Positions 1 to 8,512 of a DNA stretch of 13,090 nt are shown piece by piece (position 1 is the stretch's first letter; each line of letters starts with the position of its first letter). Under the pieces are notes generated by a model. That model was not told where the DNA came from. It did not search any database and was given only the letters and a program-made list of their open reading frames with translations. Source of the stretch: Octopus sinensis. Its lineage: Eukaryota. Made by a program: the position numbers and the translations under genes. The stretch is from NCBI RefSeq assembly GCF_006345805.1, contig NW_021826430.1, positions 1-13,090 on the forward strand. Reading direction: 5' to 3'.

Positions 1-167
1 ATTGTTTATTTCTGTATATCGGATATTAAAATAAATAGTCAATCGATATGATTATATATTGACTTATGAAATAGCCTACTATCCAATTACTCGTTTTTCT
101 GAACGTAATTCTAACATCTGTTTTACTGGAAACTAACAGGTACTTAACGGTTTTATATATATATATA

Positions 168-1149
168 CAGGTGATGGACAAAATAATGGAAACACCTTAA
201 AATTTCAAACAAATTTATTATAATTTGGAATAGGAACTTTGGCAGTAATTACAGCTTGAATTCTGCGAGGTATGGACTCGTACAACGTTTGAATTGTTTC
301 CAAAGGAATTGTTGTCCATTCTTCAAATAAAACAGTCTCTTGTTCTTGTAGTGATTATGGTAGAGAATATCGACTCTTTAATTGTTTTTCTTAAATGCAC
401 CATAAATGTTTAATAATATTGAGATCTGGGGACTGTGGTGGTCAGATAAGATGTTCAACTCCACTAGAATGTCCCTCGTGCCATTCAGTAACAACTTTAG
501 CTGTGTGGATTGCGTTTCTCTCCGGATAGAGTTCCGCAACAATAGGATGAGTTTGATCAGATAAAATGCTTAAATAGTATTGGCTATTAATTCTGCCATG
601 AAGGGAAACCGTTGGGTTGACAGATTTCCAAGATATAGCGCCCCACCACCACACCCAGATCATCACAGATTCTCCTCCATGTTTAACAATTGGGAGAAGG
701 CAGTCTGGGTTAAATGTTTCTTTTGGCTGTCTCCACACGTATACTCGGCCGGTGGTTGAAAATATGATAAAGAGTGACTCGTCCGAGATACTAACATTCT
801 CTCACTGCTCTAGGGACCAATTCCGTTGGTTTTTACTTCACCCTAAATGCTTTGCAGCGTTTGCTTTTGAAAGTAGTGGTTTTCTGATTGCAGCCCTCCC
901 GTGGAATCCGGCTTTGTGCAGCTCCCAACGAACAGTTTTTTTGGAAACTGGATTCTCGAAGAGGTCATTAAGCTCTGTAGTAGTTTTTGGAGCTGTACTT
1001 TTGTGATCCTTCCTAACAATTCGAGTTCCTATCTGAAAGTTTTGGTTTTCTTCGGGAGTTTTGTTTGGACGAGGAGGTTTTTCCCTCTTTCTCAAAAGTT
1101 GTCATTACTTTCGAGACAGTACTTCTTGATACACAAAACATTTCGGCTG
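168..1149 (-). mobile_element. Tc1/mariner DNA transposon, 5'-truncated, only one terminal inverted repeat retained
   Basis: Element end CAGGTGATGGACAAAATAATGGAAACACC at 168-196 directly follows TA of a (TA)n tract. The minus strand carries Tc1 transposase homology from 1149 to ~219. No reverse complement of this end was found elsewhere in the window. Confidence 0.93.
219..1149 (-). pseudogene. Tc1-family (DD34E) transposase pseudogene
   Basis: Pieces across frames: TAEMFCVSRSTVSKV (HTH), RIVRKDH..TVRWELHKAGFHGRAAIRKPLLSK, SDES (first Asp at 781-783), VWRQPKE..VKHGGESVMIW..WGAISW, and VEHLI*PPQSPDLNIIKHLW. The FQDDNAP segment with the second Asp is missing (reads ERNAIHTAK), the catalytic Glu reads Lys, and there are stops and frameshifts. 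Confidence 0.93.
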
Positions 1150-1605
1150 TTAAATAGTAATCTATTTCTTTTACTGTCAGACTTTTTCCATGTAGAAGAA
1201 TTAAAGATGCAAGATTTTTCATTGTTTTATGTCGTTTATAGTTTATACATTTTTTGTAGAAGGTATCGTTTTCCGGCATGGATAAAACTAGGTTTTTGTA
1301 GTATTCTGTATCCTGATGGACCAAAGCAATTTCTTCGTTTGCTTCTTTAATTGTCAGTACTTTGTCGTTTTGTAGATCAATTAGATTCTTCCATTCTAAA
1401 TTGTTGAGGTTCTAATTAATTTTTCGCTTATGGAAAGAATTTGGGTAATTTTGGATACGGTCACATTTAGATGTAAGATAATTACTTCCATTTTTAACCA
1501 GTGATTCATCCTATTATTGTAGTCAGTTAGTGCTTCTGTGAGACGTAGTTTTTTCTGTAGAATTCCGAAATATTGTCTTTAATTTCAATCTGGTTTGGGA
1601 AAGGC
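1150..1605 (-). mobile_element. Penelope-like element (PLE) ORF fragment, region N-terminal to the RT core
   Basis: Hand translation of the minus strand gives EIKDNISEFYRK/LRLTE..DESLVKNGSN..IN*NLNNLEWKNLIDLQNDKVLTIKEANEEIALVHQDTEYYKNLVLSM.ENDTFYKK..LTVKEIDY. This follows the PLE pattern NL...E...L..L.ND..I.IK.ADKG..V.....Y......L.D...Y, degenerate here. Confidence 0.75.
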
Positions 1606-1606
1606 A

Positions 1607-1790
1607 TTCAGTTGTGCGAGCAGAGGGACCGAAAAACACTAGAAGTAATTTCGCATTTCATATATTTGCCAGATTGCGCCAACCTCTAAGTGGTGATTGA
1701 CTGTAGAAAACTGAGGTGTCACCTGTGTAGAGACACAAATCATTTGAAGACCTTTTGCCTACAACAAGAGAGAGAAGGGAGATCCCAGTT
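1607..1790 (+). mobile_element. Non-LTR retrotransposon ORF1 (gag-like) C-terminal fragment with CCHC zinc knuckle
   Basis: Reads IQLCEQRDRKTLEVISHFIYLPDCANL*VVIDCRKLRCHLCRDTNHLKTFC. CHLCRDTNHLKTFC (1717-1758) is an exact C-x2-C-x4-H-x4-C. Clade assignment (L1/Tx1-like) is inference. Confidence 0.65.
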
Positions 1791-1811
1791 TTTGCTCGAC
1801 ACCACCACCAC

Positions 1812-2385
1812 AACAGCAACAGCAGGGGAAGATGACCACTACACTTACAAAAGCAATAATAGTAGCAGCAACGGTAATTACAGCTGCTCGTACAGTAGTA
1901 GCAACAGTGGAGGTGCAATGGCCCAGTGGTTAGAGCAGCGGACTCGCGGTCGGAGGATCGCGATTTCGATTCCCAGACCGGGCGTTGTGTGAGATTATTG
2001 AGCGAAAACGCCTAAAGCTCCACGAGGCTCCGGCAAGGGGTGGTGGCGACCCCTGTTGTACACTTTCGCTACAACTTTCTCTCACTCCTTCCTGTTTCTT
2101 GTCCCCAACTTCCTACGCAACCGCTGAGCCTGAATGCGAATTCATCCATCCGTCGATGTTTTCGGTGTCGGGGGGTTGAATTGCTTTAACTTCTGCGGGT
2201 CTTAGGAATAGCAAAGGACCAAGTTTAGGACTCGCAGGTACGAAGACCGCTTCGCTCAACAAACAAACAGCAACAGCGGGGGAAGATGACCACTACACTT
2301 ACAAAAGCAATAATAGTAGCAGCAACGGTAATTATAGCTGCTCTTACAGTAGTAGCAACAGTGGAGGCTAAATGGCCCAGTGGTT
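1812..2385 (+). repeat. Partial tandem duplication, period 454 bp (1812-1931 repeated at 2266-2385)
   Basis: 120-bp direct repeat with few substitutions, made of 97 bp of flank plus the first 23 bp of the SINE head. Confidence 0.92.
1909..2268 (+). mobile_element. tRNA(Arg)-like-derived SINE, copy 1 (internally shortened tail)
   Basis: Pol III A box TGGCCCAGTGG (1919-1929), B-box-like TTTCGATTCC and a head alignable to tRNA-Arg. The body is shared with 8120-8512 and 10660-11051, and it ends in (CAAA)n. Confidence 0.88.
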
Positions 2386-2813
2386 TTTTTAAATAATTTC
2401 CACGTAACTAAAAAATTTTAAACTTCGTATACTGGTAGAATGTGTTTATAAAACATCTTTTTCTCTTGGCTTTATTGAGAAAATTCTATAGTTTGTAACA
2501 TATTTATTGTTTTTTTCCCCTTCAATTTCTTCAAATTCAACCAATCAATGACGTCTATTGAGGTGAAAACATTCTGTGCAGTATGAATATGTCCCTCGTT
2601 TAAGAAACAGATTGGGTTTATTTACATTTCTGATGATAAAAAGATACTCTTCCCCCCACCCCTAACTCTAACCCTATTCCTAACTAACCCTAACTCTAAC
2701 CCTAACCCTAAAACAGATTGAAATGCAATAGATCGATACTAGGGTCATAATTATGGGTGACAATTTCATATGACACCGCTAGAAAAAAACTGCCGTTCAA
2801 ACCGAAAAGATCC
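2386..2813. mobile_element. Non-autonomous DNA element (MITE-like) with internal degenerate (CCTAAC)n tract, one end lost
   Basis: Abrupt junction with the truncated SINE head at 2385, telomere-like tract at 2660-2711, and terminus AAAAAACTGCCGTTCAAACCGAAAAGATCC. It resembles a high-copy octopus repeat from memory (not verified). Confidence 0.55.
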
Positions 2814-3423
2814 GAAACGTTTTCACATGACTACCTTTTGTTTTTGTTGGTGTTGGAGAAGTTGTTATTGATACTGCTGCTGCAACTGCCGCTGCTGTCG
2901 ATTCTACTGCTACTACCTCTATCCATGTTTGTTAGGTCAACCGGAAGAGATTGACAGCGAAAGACTATTTTACTTTTAAAACTACCGCCCACCATCCACT
3001 CTCCGCTATAACGAATTTTGTAAACAGTATTTCGGAAAGAAATCTTTCTCCGCGAAATTTTATCCCTTAGGGCCGATAACAATAACCTTTGCTCAGACTT
3101 TTATTGTCAAGCTCAAGATACAACACAGTGTACAAAAACAGAGGAAATACAAATGGTGTGATAACAATGAAAACAATTCAATAACTCAGAGAACACGCGA
3201 CACGTCTAGTCCCGGCGATAAACAAAGACAATAATAATAATCATAATAATAATAACGGTTATAACCACTTGAATTATAGGTATATGCATATATATAACTA
3301 TATATATCTGTACTCCTTTATGTATCCCTCTCCCTCTCTCTGTATGTATATATATGTATGTGCATATGTATAATTATATATGTATATATATAAATATATA
3401 TATATATGCACACACACACACAC

Positions 3424-3464
<41 letters not shown>

Positions 3465-3470
<6 letters not shown>

Positions 3471-3638
3471 CAAAATAAGGAACAAGGATATCAAGAGGTA
3501 ATGCAGTGCGTTCGTTTCATGCGACTCCATTTAATTGAACAATGCAAATATTACATTGCATTATTCAATTAAATGGAGTTGCATGAAACGATCGTACTGC
3601 AATACCTCTGGATATCCTTGTTGTTTATTTTGATCATA
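3465..3638. mobile_element. 174-bp fold-back (hairpin) MITE-like element, TA-bounded
   Basis: Arms 3465-3547 and 3556-3638 (83 bp each, no indels, ~8 mismatches) with an 8-nt loop ATATTACA. Termini are TATGATCA...TGATCATA, and the element sits at the end of a (TA)n tract. Confidence 0.8.
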
Positions 3639-3757
3639 ATCACCCCCATTTTGAATTATATGGATAATACCATACTAAATTCTGGTGCCTTTAACTTGTA
3701 CCATAGATAGATAGTCAGACAGACATATATGTACCATATTCACCTGAATCTATATAT

Positions 3758-3789
3758 GTGTTTGTGTGTGTGTATGTGTGTGTGTGCGT

Positions 3790-3868
<79 letters not shown>
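3758..3868. repeat. (TG)n microsatellite
   Basis: Direct reading. Confidence 0.98.
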
Positions 3869-3870
<2 letters not shown>

Positions 3871-4321
3871 CGACGAGAATGAGAGCTCAACACCGCATTG
3901 TGTATTAAGGCTACTATTGGTTTCACGTTACGAAAAATATCTTGACAATTTTTCACACCGATCACACGGAGAAATTGCATTCTTCTCCATGTTGGATGTA
4001 TTACTTTCCATTGAAACAGGTGTTGCAGTCACATGGTCAGAAAAACTGGTAATTGAAAAAAATATTCTATTCTATAAGTCAATATATAATAATATCTAAT
4101 AACTATTTATTTTAATATACGATACTCAGAAATAAACGCTGACACACAAGCACAAATATATTTTCATAACAATAAGTATATATAACCACTAAGTTACGTG
4201 CAATCATATATATATATGAAGTCTCGGCCAATGTTGTTCATAAACTCTTTGAAAGCATATCATAACCTCACGTTGTCAACGAGTCTATTTCTGAACGAGA
4301 ATGACTTCTTTCCTTCCCAAG

Positions 4322-4365
4322 ATTTCTGGTGCAACTAGCATTCGGTGCAGCATTTTTAGGCGGAG
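4322..4365 (+). CDS. Candidate 44-nt internal coding exon, hydrophobic (xFLVQLAFGAAFLGG), possible signal-peptide end
   Basis: Acceptor CTTCTTTCCTTCCCAAG| and donor GAG|GTAAGG. It starts in phase 2 and ends in phase 1, compatible with the exon at 9855. No upstream start exon was identified. Confidence 0.45.
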
Positions 4366-4378
4366 GTAAGGGATGGTA

Positions 4379-4379
4379 A

Positions 4380-4417
<38 letters not shown>

Positions 4418-4475
4418 TATATTATTATTATTATTATTATTATTATCATCATCATCATCATTATTATTATTATTA

Positions 4476-4541
<66 letters not shown>

Positions 4542-4560
4542 TATTATTATTATATATAAT
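4379..4560. repeat. (ATT)n/(ATC)n microsatellite
   Basis: Direct reading; source of the poly-Ile/Leu ORF 4373-4678. Confidence 0.97.
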
Positions 4561-4791
4561 ATATTTCTTCTTTAGCCAGGACTGGGCAGCCAGAGAAATA
4601 TGGTTTATCGTTTCTTGTCCATCTCCGCATATTCTGCAGTTATTTATTATGTTTCTTTTCGTTATATGTTTTTGGTAATTTCTGGTGGGGAGACTTTGGT
4701 CTTGTGCTGCAATTAAAAATCCTTCAGTCTCTGCTTTGAGTCCTGAGCTTCTCAGCTATTGTTGAGATTTTGCTTTGTCTATTTCTTTTGC

Positions 4792-4792
<1 letters not shown>
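4561..4792 (-). mobile_element. R4/Dong-clade (RLE-type) non-LTR retrotransposon fragment, post-RT CCHC region
   Basis: Minus strand reads AKEIDKAKSQQ*LRSSGLKAETEGFLIAAQDQSLP/TRNYQKHITKRNIINNCRICGDGQETINHI/SGCPVLAKEE, with two frameshifts and one stop. The AAQDQ..TRNY motif and CxxC..H....C are typical of this group. Confidence 0.82.
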
Positions 4793-4832
<40 letters not shown>

Positions 4833-5124
4833 TATATAGTAATAATGAAGGGTGAAATTAATTAATTTGGAATAATTATCAATTACACCAAGTAGTCTTC
4901 GGCATGTAAAAGCCTCATTCGAGGAGAATTTAAGTAATACTAAGCAATAAAGGGTTTAGCAACGAATTGCCTTACCACATACCGAATTTAGAAATAGCAG
5001 TCAAAGAGTTATAGCTATTTCTTCTACTAAAAAGGAGATCTCAGTAAAAACAGCAATTGGAAGGCAGACACAAACAGGTAAGAGAGAATGAATTGACGGC
5101 AATCTATCATACAATTTTAAGTTA

Positions 5125-5224
5125 TCTACGGACGTACGTTTCGAAATCAAGTTTTTAGGAAAGGATAAGAATTAAATATTAAATAATTCTATCTTACCAA
5201 AACTTCTTTTCTTTTCAGCGTAGA
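5125..5224 (-). ncRNA. Type I hammerhead ribozyme motif, copy A, G8A core variant (likely inactive)
   Basis: UCUACG-CUGAAAA-G..(stem II)..C-GAAAC-GUAC-GUC-CGUAGA on the minus strand. Position 8 (T5213 on +) is A instead of G. Confidence 0.75.
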
Positions 5225-5243
5225 ATACTATAATCATAAATGA

Positions 5244-5349
5244 TTATATACGCTGAAGAGAAAAGAAGTTTTGGTAAGATAGAATTATTTAATATTTAAT
5301 TCTTATCCTTTCCTAAAAACTTGATTTCGAAACGTACGTCCGTAGATAA
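5244..5349 (+). ncRNA. Type I hammerhead ribozyme, copy B, intact core; predicted cleavage after C5340
   Basis: Stem I TTATATACG(5244-52)/CGTAGATAA(5341-49), 8 of 9 pairs. Core CUGAAGA at 5253-59; 69-nt irregular stem II at 5260-5328 closed by GAAA/TTTC with AAGTTTT/AAAACTT and GAATTA/TAATTC; GAAA at 5329-32; stem III AC-GUAC-GU; cleavage triplet GUC. Confidence 0.85.
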
Positions 5350-5839
5350 CTTAAAATTGTATGATAGATTGCCGTCAATTCATTCTCTCTTACCTGTTTG
5401 TGTCTGCCTTCCAATTGCTGTTTTTACTGAGATCTCCCTTTTTAGTAGAAGAAATAGCTATAACTCTTTGACTGCTATTTCTAAATTCGGTATGTGGTAA
5501 GGCAATTCGTTGCTAAACCCTTTATTGCTTAGTATTACTTAAATTCTCCTCGAATGAGGCTTTTACATGCCGAAGACTACTTGGTGTAATTGATAATTAT
5601 TCCAAATTAATTAATTTCACCCTTCATTATTACGGATAACCATATTTTATCTCAGTAGATGACCACAGCATCTTGTTTTGGCTACACGCGGGTGGGAAGG
5701 GGCTGGTGACACAATCTTTTCATTCACGCATTGAATTTAGTGATACTAGTTGCGGATTCTAGCTCGCTCTGATACTGAGTTGAGTTGGTGCCTTCTAGTA
5801 TCTCAAAATTCAATATATAATCATTTATGATTATAGTAT

Positions 5840-5939
5840 TCTACGCTGAAGAGAAAAGAAGTTTTGGTAAGATAGAATTATTTAATATTTAATTCTTATC
5901 TTTTCCTAAAAACTTGATTTCGAAACGTACATCCGTAGA
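5840..5939 (+). ncRNA. Type I hammerhead ribozyme motif, copy C, stem III mismatch (GUC changed to AUC)
   Basis: UCUACG-CUGAAGA(5846-52)-stem II-GAAAC-GUAC-AUC(5931-33)-CGUAGA. G16.2 to A breaks the C15.2-G16.2 pair. Confidence 0.75.
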
Positions 5940-7226
5940 TAACTTAAAATTGTATGATAGATTGCCGTCAATTCATTCTCTCTTACCTGTTTGTGTCTGC
6001 CTTCCAATTGCTGTTTTTACTGAGATCTCCCTTTTTAGTAGAAGAAATAGCTATAACTCTTTGACTGCTATTTCTAAATTCGGTATGTGGTAAGGCAATT
6101 CGTTGCTAAACCCTTTATTGCTTAGTATATATATATATATATATATATATAGTGAAAAGACGATTTATGCAAATTTAATCGTTTTTATCGACATTTTCTT
6201 GTATATGCGTATCGGATTATTATAGTTCGTTGAAACAGTTATATTGCTAAATTCATTTTATCGTCGTTTTAAAAATATCCCCATCTTCAGGATGTGAAGA
6301 AGAGATTTTAGCGTCTGTACTCCTTATTTTATATTAGACCGTTTGTATTTCTACATTCTTACTTCCCGACCAAAATTTGACTAGTGGAGTATCAGAAACG
6401 TATGTGAAATGTAGAGGAGGTAATGTTAACCATTTAGACAAATTATGGAAGACAACTGTAGGCATATTTCAGTGTCATTCGACGTCTTTAGCAAAGCGCA
6501 GACACAGTTAACAAAGCAGAAATGACTATAAGAACCAGAAACCCAACTGTGTACTGCTCTTTGAACAAGTTAATCTGTAACGAAGGCGTCTTACAGGTGT
6601 GCTTATTAAGCAATGACTTTTAACAAAATCGTATTAAAGTTCAAATGACTGAAAAAACAGTCAGATAAGAAAATCAAAATAATTAAATATCTGTATACTA
6701 TTCTGTTATCGATCTTATACCAGGCGCTACCTTTGAAACATTGTCTTATACCTGGTAAAAGAAAAGAACAGACAAGTGCGTTGAGTGTTTGATTAAAATT
6801 CTCCATTGTGAAACACAACTTTCGTTTTTGCATGATATGAACACAAAACAGACACAAGCGCGTGCGCACGCAGTCACACATACACACACACACACACACA
6901 CAGACACACACACACACACACACAAACACACACATATGCATATACAGTTCTTTGCTCCTAATCTTTCATTAGTATCGTATTCTTGGACATCTCCATGCTC
7001 CCACATTGGTTTCTATACCGGTCTGACACAAGAGGATGTTTTGTAACGAAAAGAAACACGAAGTCTACATAGAAACACGATACAGATGCGACGCAAACTT
7101 ATGATGAAATGAACACCTCACAAAATTGTAATCTTAATAACAACAACAACAACATTTGAAAGTCATTATCATAATTAATCCAATTTATTCATTCAGAGAC
7201 TTCATTAGTACAATAGAACCTCGGTT

Positions 7227-7795
<569 letters not shown>

Positions 7796-8119
7796 GCTAA
7801 AGTGTGACTTTAGAATCTTCTCAAAGACATCATGAAGAATTCCGTTTTGTGTTTCCTTGTTTTTAGCCGTTCTCCTACAACAATGTGGGAAAGCAGCATT
7901 GGGGTCGATTGGCACCGGTTCATCACATTCCAAAATGGTTTAAGCATCTCTACGATAAAGAAACAAGACAGGAATAACGAAATGAAAGAAATAAAGATTC
8001 TGCTGTGTTAGAAAAAACAATAATTACGGAAAATGATTATTTAGTTGTGTGCAAAATCTATTGCCGTGACTGAGGCTGCATTTGTAGCAGTTGTTATTGC
8101 TGTTACGGTTGTAGTTGCT

Positions 8120-8512
8120 GTTTGTTTGTTGAGCGAAGCTGTCTTCGTCCCACAACTCGCAAGATCGCGCCTCTGTAGTGAGAGAAGTCCGAAACGTGGT
8201 CCTTCGCTATTCGTAAGACCCGCAGAAGAGAAAGCAGGTCAACCCGCCGATACCGAGAGCATCAACGGATGGATGAATGTGCGTCCAGGGTCAGTGGTTG
8301 CGTAGGAAGTCGGGGACAAGAAACAAGAAGAAAGGATGAGAGAAAGTTGGGGCGAAATAGTGCAACAGGAGTCTCCACCATCCTCTGCCGGAGCCTCGTG
8401 GAGCTTTAGGTGTTTTCGCTCAATAAACACACACAAAGCCCAGTCTGGGAATTGAAACCGCAATCCTCCGACCGCGAGTCCGCTGCCCTAACCATTGGGC
8501 CATTACGCCCCC
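8120..8512 (-). mobile_element. tRNA-derived SINE, copy 2 (in left arm)
   Basis: A box TGGCCCAATGG and B-box-like GTTTCAATTCC on the minus strand; homologous to 1909-2268. Confidence 0.9.

Larger units (their letters stand above)
4839..6127. mobile_element. Non-coding ribozyme-bearing element: inverted unit A (4839-5250, -), unit B (5249-5633, +), 180-bp spacer (5634-5813), unit C (5814-6127, +); PLE pseudo-LTR/retrozyme-like
   Basis: Copies differ by only 1-2 substitutions and a 1-bp indel. Both outer ends abut (TA)n, no ORF is present, and each unit contains a hammerhead motif. Confidence 0.8.

Noticed and set aside
1909-1985. tRNA gene at the SINE heads (also 8440-8512, 10660-10735)
   Set aside because: A/B boxes are present, but the acceptor stem is not closed and the head continues into a shared ~300-bp body with a (CAAA)n tail, so this is a SINE.
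3928-4340. Minus-strand two-exon model (..SEIDSLTT|FSDHVTATP..RYFS*)
   Set aside because: Phases match, but the upstream exon has a poor acceptor, the peptide is featureless, and it overlaps the better-supported + strand exon.
5551-5580. Second hammerhead-like motif in the 412-bp unit (CGAATGA-GGC..GCC-GAAG)
   Set aside because: The core deviates at U4, G5 and A15.1, and no stem I or stem III complementarity was found.
6291-6419. + strand exon candidate (TCTTCAG|GATGTG...GGAG|GTAATG)
   Set aside because: The phase-compatible frame has an in-frame TAG after 15 codons, and the other frames also stop.
8173-8201. Hammerhead-like CTGTAGTG..GTCC-GAAAC-GTG-GTC antisense to the SINE tail
   Set aside because: No stem I pairing, a non-canonical first box, and the motif is disrupted in SINE copy 1.
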